This document shows positions 38,074 through 47,535 of a stretch of 64,000 nucleotides of DNA, piece by piece (position 1 is the first letter of the stretch; each line of letters begins with the position of its first letter). The notes below the pieces were generated by a model. That model saw only the letters and a program-made list of their open reading frames with translations, searched no databases and was not told the origin of the DNA. The position numbers and the translations under genes are program-made. Source of the DNA: an uncultured Rubrobacteraceae bacterium (GTDB lineage Bacteria > Actinomycetota > Rubrobacteria > Rubrobacterales > Rubrobacteraceae); the NCBI GenBank assembly GCA_963819315.1, contig CAWFVR010000014.1:25909-89908 (forward strand), read 5' to 3'.

Positions 38074-39408
38074 ATGCGTACGGTGATCATCGGCGCTGGC
38101 GAGGTCGGGTCGAACACCGCCAGGATGCTCTCCGAGGAAGGCCACGACGTCGTGCTCATCGAGCAGGACGAGAAGCTGGTGGAGCGGGCCTCGGAGCAAC
38201 TCGACGCGCTGGTGATCCACGGCAACGGCGCGAGCCCGAGGCTGCTGGCCGAAGCCGGTATCGAGAAGGCCGAACTGCTTGTAGCCGCGAGCAGCTCGGA
38301 CGAGGCGAACATCATCGCGTGCCTGGCTGCGAAGGCCAGGGGAGTCTCCCGCACCGTGGCACGCATCCACAACCCCGACTACTACGACCCGCAAGAGCCG
38401 TTCGCCAAGGAGATGCTGGGGATCGACTTCGTCATCCACACCGAGCAGATGGCCGCACAGGAGATCAAGGAAGCCCTGCTCGTGCCGGGGGCGATCAACG
38501 TGGAGACCTTCGCGGAGGACAGCATAGAGGTCGCCGAGGTGATCCTGAACGAGGGCTCTCCCGCCGTGGGACGGACTCTAAGGGACCTCAGGCTCCCGGA
38601 AGCCAGCCTCGTGGTCGGGGTAGTACGGCGCGGGGAAGCTCTCGTGCCCCGCGGCGATACCGTACTTGAGAGGCGGGATCACGTCCTGCTCATCAGCGGC
38701 CGGCGGCGCATCGCCGAGGTGGTCAAGTCCGTGACCACCGATACCGAGCCGGTCAAGGAGGTAACGATCTACGGCGGCGGGCGCATCGGGTTGCGGCTCG
38801 CCCTCGCCCTCGAGAAGGCCGGCATGTCGGTGAGGGTCATAGAGCGGGACGAGGCCAGGGCGCGGTACGTGGCCTCCCAGCTCAGGAGGGGGTTCGTGCT
38901 GCACGACGAGGGCATCTCCCGGGACTTCCTCCTCCAGGAGCGCGTTGACCGCTCCGACGCCTTCGTCGCCGTCACGGGCGACGACAGGGCGAACCTCCTG
39001 GCCGCGATGTACGCCCGCCAGCTCGGTGCCCGTATGACGATCGCCGGCGTGAGCAGCGGGGAGTTCGCGCCGCTCGCCGACGCCCTCGGGGTGGACCTGA
39101 CGATCTCACCCCGGATGCTGGCCGCCGAGGCCATCCTCCGGTTCGTGCGGCGCGGGGAGATAGTGGACGTCGCCCTCCTCGAGAGCGGCGCCGAGATGAT
39201 TGAGCTCAGGGTCCCGCCGCATTGCAGGGTCACGGGCCGTCCGCTCTCCGAGGTCGGCTTCCCAGAGGGGGCCATCGTGGCGGCGCTGCTGCGCGACGGG
39301 AACGTCGTGATCCCCACCGGCAGCGAGGTCCTCAAGCCCGGTGACGACGCGGTGGTCTTTACGGTGGAGGACGCAATCGAAGAGGTAGAGCGGCTCTTCG
39401 CCCCCTGA
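38074..39408 (+). CDS. trkA: Trk system K+ uptake protein TrkA (double RCK)
   Basis: Two tandem TrkA-N/TrkA-C units (VIIGAGEVGSNTA... and TIYGGGRIGLRLA...). 444 aa. Confidence 0.85.
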   Translation: MRTVIIGAGEVGSNTARMLSEEGHDVVLIEQDEKLVERASEQLDALVIHGNGASPRLLAEAGIEKAELLVAASSSDEANIIACLAAKARGVSRTVARIHNPDYYDPQEPFAKEMLGIDFVIHTEQMAAQEIKEALLVPGAINVETFAEDSIEVAEVILNEGSPAVGRTLRDLRLPEASLVVGVVRRGEALVPRGDTVLERRDHVLLISGRRRIAEVVKSVTTDTEPVKEVTIYGGGRIGLRLALALEKAGMSVRVIERDEARARYVASQLRRGFVLHDEGISRDFLLQERVDRSDAFVAVTGDDRANLLAAMYARQLGARMTIAGVSSGEFAPLADALGVDLTISPRMLAAEAILRFVRRGEIVDVALLESGAEMIELRVPPHCRVTGRPLSEVGFPEGAIVAALLRDGNVVIPTGSEVLKPGDDAVVFTVEDAIEEVERLFAP

Positions 39409-40871
39409 ATGAACACCAGGGTAATCGTCGCGGTCAACTCCGGGGTGATACTGGCCATCGGGCTGGCGCTCCTCGTACCTCTCGTGCTCTCCCTCCTATA
39501 CGCCGACGGCTCGTGGCGCAGCTTCCTGTTCCCGGCCGTCGCCATGATCGCTGCGGGTGGCGCAGGGTTCCTGCTCACCCGTTCCCCTGGCCGCGCTGCG
39601 CGGTACGTGTCGAACCGGGACGTGTACCTCTCGGTGACGCTGGCCTGGACGCTCGCAGCGCTCCTGGGCGGGGTGCCGTTCCTGATCGAGGGCACCTTCC
39701 CGAGCCTCATCGACTCTACCTTCGAGGCGATGAGCGGGTTCACCACCACGGGGGCGACGCTGCTGGCAGACATCGAGGGTGAGACGCCATCGATCCTGTT
39801 CTGGCGCAGCATGACGCACTGGCTCGGGGGCATCGGGATCGTGGTGCTCTTCGTGGCGGTCGCGCCGCTGATAGGCGTCGGCGCGGCGCGCTTGCTTGGG
39901 GCCGAGATGTCAGGGTTGACCCAACCCCGTCTGACCCCGCGTATCGCAGATACCGCCAAGGCCCTCGTCGTTATCTACCTCGCCATCTCCGCAGCCGAGA
40001 CTGTCTGCCTGCTCGCGGCGGGGATGCCCCTCTACGACTCCGTGGTCCACACCTTCGGTACGGTGGCCACGGGAGGGTTCAGCAACAAGACAGCGTCTAT
40101 AGGCTTCTACGATTCGGTGGCCATAGAGGCGATCATCATCTTCTTCATGACGGCCTCCGGAGTCTCCTTCTCGCTCTACTACCTGCTCTACACCCGGCGC
40201 CGGCTCGACGTGGTTCTCGACCGTGAGCTACTGGCTTACCTCGGGATCATCGCGGCGGCCGCGCTGCTTTTGTGGGGCATTCTCGTCTTCGAAGGGGACT
40301 ACGGGGACAACATCGCCAGGCACTGAGGGACTCGGCGTTCACGGTCTCGAGCATCATTACGACGACGGGGTTCGTTACGGCAGACTTCGACCGGTGGGAC
40401 CCCGCAGCGAAGGTGGTGATCGTGTTGCTGATGTTCGTTGGGGGGTGCGCAGGCTCCACCGCGGGAGGCATCAAGGTCATCAGGGTGCTCATCATAGCCC
40501 GGACGATCTTGCAGGACATCTTCAGGATGGTTCACCCGCGCGCCATCACACCCATGAAGCTGGGCGGGCGCGTGGTACCCGAGAACGTTCGGATAGCCGC
40601 TCTCGGGCTCTTTGCAGCCTGGATCGGCGTGTTCGGCCTTGCGACACTCCTGGTGGCGCTCCAGGATAACCTGACGCTCACCTCCTCGGCGAGCGCGGTC
40701 GCGACGACGCTCAACGACGTCGGACCGGGGCTGGATCAGGTCGGGGCCACGGAGAGCTTCGAGATCGTCGACTACTTCGGCCGCGTAGTTCTCACGGTCT
40801 GCATGCTCCTAGGGAGGCTGGAGATCTTCACGGTGCTCGCGCTTCTCTCTCCGGCGTTCTGGCGGCGTTGA
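39409..40871 (+). pseudogene. trkH: Trk system K+ uptake protein TrkH, one frameshift at about 40314-40322
   Basis: Track ORF 39409..40326 (AMSGFTTTGATLL, GTVATGGFS) continues in ORF 40272..40871 ([36 protein letters not shown]). The join ...DNIA|QALRDS needs one extra C in GCC-AGG. Confidence 0.85.
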
Positions 40872-40892
40872 AGGGCGATTCGCGAGACGCCC

Positions 40893-41819
40893 CTACGTGG
40901 GGATGCCTATGATCTGGCGTCCCATAAGGCTCGCCACGAGCTCGACCGCGAGCTCGGCGGTCCCGTTCTTCTGGTCGAGGATGGGGTTGACCTCCACGAC
41001 GTCGAGCGAGGCTGCAATCCCCGCCTCGTTGATGAGCTCCATAACCAGGTGCGCTTCCCGGTAGGTCAGCCCGCCGCGCACCGGCGTCCCGACGCCAGGT
41101 GCGACGTCCGGATCTAGCACGTCGAGGTCCAGCGAGACGTGGACCCGGTCGAGGTGCGAGAGGGCCTTGAGGGCGCGGCGCACGACGCTCGCGATCCCGT
41201 ACGCGTCTACCTCCTTCATCGTGTAGGCGCGGATACCGGCCTCCGTGAGCAGGCGCCTTTCCTCCAGATCCACGGACCGAAGCCCCACTATCACGACGTC
41301 TTCTGTGCGCACGCTGGCGCCCTCGCCGCCGATAGCCACGAGGTCGGGATGGCCTGCTCCCGTGAGCACGGAGAGCGGCATGCCGTGAATGTTTCCCGAG
41401 GGCGAGGTCTGCGGGGTGTTGAAGTCGGAGTGAGCGTCGAGCCAGATGACCCCGATGCGCTCGAAGTTCCTGGCGACCCCCGAGACGGTCCCGATCGCGA
41501 TCGAGTGGTCGCCACCGAGGAAGATCGGGAAGAGTCCACCCGAGATCATCGCTTCGGCCTGTTCGGCGACCTCCGCGCAGACGTCCCGAACGGCTTCCAG
41601 GTGCCGTATCTCCCCTTCTTTCTCCACCGTCTCGGGGAGCGGGGTCACGGCGTTGCCGAGATCGGCGACCTCGTAGCCGAGCTCTTCGAGGGCGCGCTGC
41701 AACCGGGCGTAGCGGATAGCCGAGGGTCCCATGTCCACGCCGCGGCGGTCCTGGCCTAGATCTATCGGTACGCCAAAGATCCCCGGCGGCCTGCGCGCGC
41801 CCTCAAACAAAAGCCACAC
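40893..41819 (-). CDS. rocF: Arginase
   Basis: Ureohydrolase Mn-binding motifs [17 protein letters not shown] and SLDLDVLDP, plus the arginase-type [13 protein letters not shown] start, exact start uncertain. Confidence 0.8.
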   Translation of the reverse strand: MWLLFEGARRPPGIFGVPIDLGQDRRGVDMGPSAIRYARLQRALEELGYEVADLGNAVTPLPETVEKEGEIRHLEAVRDVCAEVAEQAEAMISGGLFPIFLGGDHSIAIGTVSGVARNFERIGVIWLDAHSDFNTPQTSPSGNIHGMPLSVLTGAGHPDLVAIGGEGASVRTEDVVIVGLRSVDLEERRLLTEAGIRAYTMKEVDAYGIASVVRRALKALSHLDRVHVSLDLDVLDPDVAPGVGTPVRGGLTYREAHLVMELINEAGIAASLDVVEVNPILDQKNGTAELAVELVASLMGRQIIGIPT

Positions 41820-43377
41820 CTCCCGAGCGTCGCGGATCGGCTGCGGCCTCGAAGGTTCCTTCAGGGGTGCGCCGCACGGCGTTGACCCCGCCGAAGTACA
41901 TGTTCAATCCCTCGAAGGGGAGGACTTGCCCGTAGCGGTCGAGGTCGGTCGTCCGCGCGCCGGCCTCGTAGGCGAAGAGGTCGCCCTCCGCGTGGAAGCG
42001 AGGAGCGAATACGGCGGTCTCGAGCGGCGTCCCGAAGTCGAGCACGTTCACTAGGGTCTGCAGGATAGCCGTCGGTATCCGCGAAGCGCCAGCCGAACCG
42101 AGCGAGATCAGACCTCCCTCCTGAGATGAGACGATAGTCGGGCTCATGCTCGAGATGAGGCGCTCGCCTGGCTCTAGCGCATGGAAGCCTCTGGGGTTGA
42201 GCTCCGGCTCGCCCAGAGTGTTGTTCATCGGGATGCCTGTACCGGGGACTACTAGCCCTGACCCATAGCCCATCGTGGCGGTTATGGAGACGGCCGCCCC
42301 CTCGGCGTCTACGCACGAGATGTGCGTTGTCTGCGGCGAGCCGAAGATGCGCCGGCGCTGCTGGCTGGCGTACTCCTCGCTCGTCAGTCTCTGGGCAACT
42401 ATCTCGTTCTCCGCGCCGTCCACGTACGCGATCTCCCGGTCGCGCAGCGCGAACCTCATGGCTCCGGCCATCACCCTCGCGTAGTCGTCCGCGGACATGG
42501 CGGCCAGGTCGTAGCCTGACACGATCCTGAGCATCTGGGCGAGCGTCGGTCCCCCCGCGGAGGGTGGTCCGTTGGTGTAGATGTCACCATGCCCGTAGGC
42601 GACGGCGAGGGGCTTGCGAATGACAGCCTGGTACTCGGCGAGGTCCCTCTCGGTGATGATCCCACCCATCTTGAGGATGTAGCCCGAGAGGCGCCGCGCG
42701 AGCTCGCCCTCGTACATCACCTCCGCGCCCCCCTCCCCTATCGCCTCCAGCGTGTCAGCCAGTTCGGGGAAACGCATCTCCTCACCCTCGAGGTAGACCC
42801 GGCCATCCTTGTAGAAGTTCTTCCTCGTCTCCTCGGTTAGCCGCAGCACCTCCTCTGCGACCTGGATCCACATCGCGCTCGTCTTGCACAGCCTGAACCC
42901 CTCGCGCGCCAACTTCACGGCCGGCGCGAGCGTCTCTTCGAGCGTGAGCCTCCCGTGACGGACGAGCAATGCCTCCCAGCCTCTGAGAGCGCCTGGCACT
43001 GCCACCGACGCCCCCCCCACGGTCGAGTTCACCCCCGCCCCATACTTGAGAACGACGGTCTGCGGGCTGCCACCAGCCCCAAATGCCGACTCCGGCAACC
43101 CCTTGCCCGGCATCGTGTCGTAGTAGTCGATGAGCTCGCTCTTCCCTTCCGGGTCACGCACAAGGGCGAAGCCGCCGCCCCCGATCGAGCTCAACAACGG
43201 CTCGGTAACGCTCACGGCAGCCGACGCAGCGACCGCAGCGTCGGCTGCGTTCCCCCCCGCTCTATAAACCTCGGCCGCAGCCTCGGCTGCGTAAGGGGTC
43301 CCGGCCGAGGCCGCGAAGGTTCGAATGGGTCTGGCACCGTCCATCTCGGTAAACATTCTAACTGAGCCGTTCACCAC
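41803..43377 (-). CDS. ggt: Gamma-glutamyltransferase
   Basis: Has the autoprocessing/nucleophile region GSPQTTHISCVDAEG, then GSGLVVPGTGIPMNN and GSAGASRI. The start may be ATG 43356. Confidence 0.85.
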   Translation of the reverse strand: MVNGSVRMFTEMDGARPIRTFAASAGTPYAAEAAAEVYRAGGNAADAAVAASAAVSVTEPLLSSIGGGGFALVRDPEGKSELIDYYDTMPGKGLPESAFGAGGSPQTVVLKYGAGVNSTVGGASVAVPGALRGWEALLVRHGRLTLEETLAPAVKLAREGFRLCKTSAMWIQVAEEVLRLTEETRKNFYKDGRVYLEGEEMRFPELADTLEAIGEGGAEVMYEGELARRLSGYILKMGGIITERDLAEYQAVIRKPLAVAYGHGDIYTNGPPSAGGPTLAQMLRIVSGYDLAAMSADDYARVMAGAMRFALRDREIAYVDGAENEIVAQRLTSEEYASQQRRRIFGSPQTTHISCVDAEGAAVSITATMGYGSGLVVPGTGIPMNNTLGEPELNPRGFHALEPGERLISSMSPTIVSSQEGGLISLGSAGASRIPTAILQTLVNVLDFGTPLETAVFAPRFHAEGDLFAYEAGARTTDLDRYGQVLPFEGLNMYFGGVNAVRRTPEGTFEAAADPRRSGGVAFV

Positions 43378-43548
43378 AGGCCTGCCCGAAAGAGATCCTG
43401 ACCGCGTCAGAGCCTGACGAACCCCGTGCGCTCTCGCAGCCCGAAGCCGCCCGCGGGCGTCGCTAAAGTTAGAGCTTGTAACATATAACGATATGATGCC
43501 TTACTTTTTGCCTGCAATAGGCACATTTTTGAACAACGGGATTTCGTG

Positions 43549-43579
43549 TTGACTTGTTACCACGTTCATTAGCTATCAT
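43549..43579 (+). promoter_or_regulatory. Candidate promoter for the NaPRTase gene (TTGACT ... TATCAT)
   Basis: AT-rich divergent intergenic region. TTGACT at 43549-43554 and TATCAT at 43574-43579. The 19-nt spacer is longer than optimal. Confidence 0.25.
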
Positions 43580-43615
43580 GTGCCGCAGGCAGGCTAGAGG
43601 AAAGGGCTCACGGCG

Positions 43616-44779
43616 ATGCAAGGGGAGATCGCACGAACCCGGGGTCAGGGGTTCAACACGGCGTCGGACGAGGAGATCAGGAGCGCCGAGGTCGCTGACG
43701 TCTACTTCCACCGGACGATGGAGATCCTGCGCGCCCGGGGCCTCGAGAACGTTCCGGTCCACGCCGAGGTCGCGTACAAGACCTCAGCCCTTGAGGAATG
43801 GTTCGTCGTCGCGGGACTGGACGAGGTAGCCCATCTCCTGGAGGGGGTCGAGGTGGAGGCACGGGCTGTGCCTGAAGGCACCATCTGCCGCCCGAACGAG
43901 CCGGTGTTGACGCTCTCGGGTCCTTACTCGGCCTTCGCCGAGCACGAGACGGCTATCCTGGGCTTCCTCTGCCAGGCCTCGGGGGTTGCGACGGGCGCTG
44001 CCCGCTGCCGGCTCGCGGCGGGCGAGAAGCTAGTGATCTCCTTCGGCGCCAGGAGGATGCACCCCGCGATCACGCCGATGATCGAGAGGTCCGCATACCT
44101 CGGCGGCTGCGACGGGGTCGCCGTCGAGCTCGCCGCCAGGCGCCTGGGTATTCCCGCGAGCGGCACCCTCCCCCACGCCCTCGTCCTGATCCTGGGCTCT
44201 ACAGCGGAGGCCGCGAAGGCCTTCGACGAGATCATCGACCCCGAGGTGCCGCGCACCATCCTGGTAGACACCTTCGATGACGAGAAGTTCGGAGCCCTGA
44301 TCGCCGCGCGCGCCATACCGGATTCGATCTTCGCTGTGAGGCTCGACACCCCGGGCAACCGCCGCGGCGACTTCCGCGACCTGATGAGCGAGGTGCGCTG
44401 GGAGCTCGACCGCAACGGCTTCGAGCACGTCAGGATCTTCGCCTCGGGCGGTATAGACGTCGAGTACATCCTTCACCTCAACCCTGTCTGCGACGCCTAC
44501 GGGGTCGGCGGCGCCATCGCCGACGCGCCCATGATCGACTACTCCCTCGACATCGTCGAAGTCGCCGGCGAGGACCGCTCCAAGCGCGGCAAGCGTGGAG
44601 GCCGCAAGCGCCTCGTGCAACTCGAGGACGGCTCCCGCCGCACCCTGCCGGCCAACGCCCCCATTCCCGAAGGCGCGCGCGACCTGCTCGTCCCCCTCGA
44701 AGAGTTCGGCTCGCCCGACGTGGAAGTCCTTCGCGCGCGAGTTATCGACCAGCTCTCCACCGGCGCCTACGCTCTCTAA
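43616..44779 (+). CDS. pncB: Nicotinate phosphoribosyltransferase (archaeal/short type)
   Basis: EVADVYFHRTMEIL..., FGARRMHP, GTLPHALV, ILVDTFDDE and RLDTPGNRRGD are typical of the type II PRTase (NaPRTase) family. Confidence 0.8.
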   Translation: MQGEIARTRGQGFNTASDEEIRSAEVADVYFHRTMEILRARGLENVPVHAEVAYKTSALEEWFVVAGLDEVAHLLEGVEVEARAVPEGTICRPNEPVLTLSGPYSAFAEHETAILGFLCQASGVATGAARCRLAAGEKLVISFGARRMHPAITPMIERSAYLGGCDGVAVELAARRLGIPASGTLPHALVLILGSTAEAAKAFDEIIDPEVPRTILVDTFDDEKFGALIAARAIPDSIFAVRLDTPGNRRGDFRDLMSEVRWELDRNGFEHVRIFASGGIDVEYILHLNPVCDAYGVGGAIADAPMIDYSLDIVEVAGEDRSKRGKRGGRKRLVQLEDGSRRTLPANAPIPEGARDLLVPLEEFGSPDVEVLRARVIDQLSTGAYAL

Positions 44780-44928
44780 CGACCCCGACGTATAGCTCTT
44801 GCCGGCTGCCCGGCCGCGCCGTCTACCTAAAATTGGCTAGAAAAAGATCACTCATTTTGGGGATGTAACGTCCACGTTTGCAGAGGATAATTCTTGGTGT
44901 AAGGCCGAGTACTCGGAGAGGACACGAG

Positions 44929-45207
44929 ATGGAAGATACGTTTGCTACCAAGTCGCACCCTCTCACCTGCCCTTTCTGCGAGGCGCACGAGCTACGATCC
45001 TTCGGACATAACTCCGCCCGCTGTGATTCGTGCGGCGGCCTCCTCAGCGGCCCGCTCCTCGACACCCTGCAGAGGATCACCAGCCTGCCGGACGCCGTCG
45101 GGGGCCACGCCTGCGAGTGCGGCCACCCGGAGATGCGCCGACTCCCCGACGGTGTGTACTGGTGCCCGGCCTGCGGCTCCGAGGTTGTCCCGGTCAAGCT
45201 ATCATGA
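44929..45207 (+). CDS. Double zinc-ribbon small protein (4 Cys pairs)
   Basis: ATG 44929 lies 6 nt after GGAGAGGA. Cys pairs: CPFC, CDSC, CECG and CPAC. 92 aa. Confidence 0.5.
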   Translation: MEDTFATKSHPLTCPFCEAHELRSFGHNSARCDSCGGLLSGPLLDTLQRITSLPDAVGGHACECGHPEMRRLPDGVYWCPACGSEVVPVKLS

Positions 45208-45407
45208 TGGACCCGGAACCACAGAACCTCACCAGCGCATACGAGCACGGCTTGAACGATGGCCGCTACGGGGAGCAGTGCTGCTTCACGGAAAACTCGA
45301 AGCTCGCCACGCTGGAGGCGCCGTCAGACAGGCTCGATTACTACAGGGGTCACCGCGCGGGCTGCGAAATGCGACTGCGCGACGGCCATCTCCTCGAAGC
45401 CTCCTGA
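45204..45407 (+). CDS. Small hypothetical protein (67 aa), translationally coupled to the zinc-ribbon gene
   Basis: ATG 45204 overlaps the upstream stop (ATGATG/TGA). This is the tail of track ORF 45030..45407: MMDPEPQNLTSAYEHGLNDGRYGEQCCF... Confidence 0.4.
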   Translation: MMDPEPQNLTSAYEHGLNDGRYGEQCCFTENSKLATLEAPSDRLDYYRGHRAGCEMRLRDGHLLEAS

Positions 45408-45416
45408 GCACCCCTC

Positions 45417-46016
45417 TCATCTACCCTTCGTATCTATGACCAGGTAGTAGCTGCACTCACCCTCTCCCGCGTTGTCGAACCGGTGCGCCACGTCAGCCTC
45501 GAAGTAAGCTGCATCGCCCTCTTCCAGGACGTACTCCTCTCCCCCAAGGACGGCTCTCAAGCGCCCCCGCTCGACGACCACGTACTGCTCCACGCCACGG
45601 CGGTGCGGTGGGAGCTCGCCCGAGGTCGAGTTTTCCGGCACGACGTTCCTTATGAACTCAACCCCGCGTCCGCCGAGGCTCGGAGAGAGCAGTTGCCGCT
45701 CGAAGCCGGTCTCGGGGTCGCGCATGGTCATCCGCCTCTCCCGAGGCACCACGACAACCTTACTCTTCTCCTCGACACTGACCAGCTGCGACAGGTTCAT
45801 CCCGAGCCCTTCTGCAACCTTCGCCGCGACAACGAGCGTCGGGTTTTTCTCGCCGCGCTCAAGCTTGGAGATCATGGCTCGACTGACCCCCGACCGCTCC
45901 GCGAGCATCTCCAGGGTCCACCCCCGCTCTCGCCGCAAGGCCCGTACCCGCTCCCCTAACCGCCCGGAAGTGACCTCCTCGATAAGCGAATGCCCGGTTG
46001 TCGTATCGTCGTTCAT
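45417..46016 (-). CDS. XRE-family HTH transcriptional regulator with C-terminal cupin domain
   Basis: HTH: LRRERGWTLEMLAERSGVSRAMISKLERGEKNPTL. Cupin: GVEQYVVVERG...GDAAYFEADVAHRFDN. Confidence 0.8.
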   Translation of the reverse strand: MNDDTTTGHSLIEEVTSGRLGERVRALRRERGWTLEMLAERSGVSRAMISKLERGEKNPTLVVAAKVAEGLGMNLSQLVSVEEKSKVVVVPRERRMTMRDPETGFERQLLSPSLGGRGVEFIRNVVPENSTSGELPPHRRGVEQYVVVERGRLRAVLGGEEYVLEEGDAAYFEADVAHRFDNAGEGECSYYLVIDTKGR

Positions 46017-46018
46017 TT

Positions 46019-46045
46019 TGATAGAAATAAGTCTATCATGATAGA
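46019..46045. promoter_or_regulatory. Candidate operator: TGATAGA-N6-TCTATCA followed by a third TGATAGA half-site
   Basis: A 7-bp inverted repeat plus an adjacent direct copy fills the 21-nt gap between the divergent starts of the XRE-cupin regulator (46016) and the permease (46038). Confidence 0.4.
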
Positions 46046-47453
46046 AATGCTCAACTATTTGGTAGCGGCTGCGCCGTTGGTGGTAGCCGGGGTGGCGTTG
46101 CTCGGGATGAGGTTGCCGGCGGCATGGGCTGGGGTAGCCGCGCTCGCTGCTGCGCTCGGCGGGGCTGTGGCATGGCCGGACCTGGACGCTTCGGGTATTC
46201 CGGTTGCGTTCGTGGATGGTTTGGGGACCGCGGGGACGGTGCTCTACGTGCTCTTCGGGGGGCTTTTGCTCTACAACGTGCTCTCGGCGGGTGGGGCGAT
46301 AGAGAGGGTATCGCGTTTCCTCGGAAGGCTTGAGCCCGAGAAGGATGCGCTAGCGGTCGCGGTCGTAGTCGGGGTGGCGCCGTTCTTCGAGTCGGTAACG
46401 GGGTTCGGGGTAGCGGTGGTGATCAGCGCCCCCATACTGCTGGCGGCGGGGTTCTCGCCGCTGCGGGCCGCGGTCCTCTCGAGCTGGGGCCAATGTGCGG
46501 TGCCCTGGGGTGCTCTGGGAGTAGGCACCGTTATCGGGGCCGACCTTTCGGGGATGAGCTTCCAGGCGCTATCTGACTGGAGCGCCGCTCTCAGCCTCCC
46601 CCTCTTCCCTGTCTACGCGGTGGCAGCGGTCGCGCTGGCCGGCGGGTGGCCGGGGGTTCGGCGGCGCGGGATCGAAGCTCTCGGTCTCGGACTACTCGCC
46701 GGTATAGGCACGCTGCTGGCGAGCGTGTACACGGTGCCCGAGCTCTCGGGAGCCGCCGGTGGGCTCGCGTCTACCGCCGGGTTCCTCGGCCTGCGATGGC
46801 GCCGGCTCCGAGGACTGGACGTCCCGGTGCGGGCGCTCCTGCCATACGGGTTCCTGCTCGCGCTGCTGCTGGCGGTCAACGGGATCGGGTTAGTGAAGAC
46901 GCTTGCGGAGAACCTCGGTCCGGTCTTCGCCGGCCCCGGTTTGCCGCTGCTCCTTTCCAGCGCTTTCGCGGCGGCGCTCCTCGGGCTAGAGGGGCGGGGA
47001 GTGGCCACGGCGGCGGCCGGGACCTTCCGGCAGTGGCTCCCGACGGCGGGCGCAGTGCTCACGTTCGTCCTCGCTGGGCAGGTTGTCGCGAGCTCCGGCG
47101 CGGCGGCGATCCTTGCATCGGGAGCGACGGTGTTCGGCGGAAGCTATCCGGCGGTGGCGCCGGTGATCGGGGCACTCGGCGGGTGGCTCACGGGATCGAA
47201 CGCCGCGTCCAACGCGCTGTTCATGCCACTCCAGATCGAGGCCGCGCGGGACCTTGGAGTCTCCGAGCCTCTGACCGCTGCGGCGCAGAACGTATCGGGA
47301 AGCCACGCCAGCCTACTCGCGCCGCAGCGTGTGATCCTGGCAGCGACGGCGACGGGGCTACTCGGGCGCGAGGGCGACATCACCAGGGCGGCGCTGCCGC
47401 CCGTGGCCGTCTGCGTCGCGATCTTGAGCCTCATCGGACTGTGCGTCCGCTAA
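46038..47453 (+). CDS. L-lactate permease (LctP) family transporter
   Basis: Polytopic. The region APFFESVTGFGVAVVISAPILLAAGFSPLRAAVLSSWGQCAVPWGALG matches the LctP family core. Start is ATG 46038 or 46047. Confidence 0.7.
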   Translation: MIEMLNYLVAAAPLVVAGVALLGMRLPAAWAGVAALAAALGGAVAWPDLDASGIPVAFVDGLGTAGTVLYVLFGGLLLYNVLSAGGAIERVSRFLGRLEPEKDALAVAVVVGVAPFFESVTGFGVAVVISAPILLAAGFSPLRAAVLSSWGQCAVPWGALGVGTVIGADLSGMSFQALSDWSAALSLPLFPVYAVAAVALAGGWPGVRRRGIEALGLGLLAGIGTLLASVYTVPELSGAAGGLASTAGFLGLRWRRLRGLDVPVRALLPYGFLLALLLAVNGIGLVKTLAENLGPVFAGPGLPLLLSSAFAAALLGLEGRGVATAAAGTFRQWLPTAGAVLTFVLAGQVVASSGAAAILASGATVFGGSYPAVAPVIGALGGWLTGSNAASNALFMPLQIEAARDLGVSEPLTAAAQNVSGSHASLLAPQRVILAATATGLLGREGDITRAALPPVAVCVAILSLIGLCVR

Positions 47454-47495
47454 GGCGCTTCGCGCTAAGGCGCTTCGCGCTAAGGCGCTTCGCGA
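47451..47495. repeat. 3 x 15-bp tandem repeat TAAGGCGCTTCGCG(C/A)
   Basis: Three head-to-tail copies begin with the permease TAA stop codon. Each contains GCTTCGC. Confidence 0.9.
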
Positions 47496-47535
47496 GAGGT
47501 TTCAGGCGCCGGCATATTTACCTGAAGCCTTTTGG

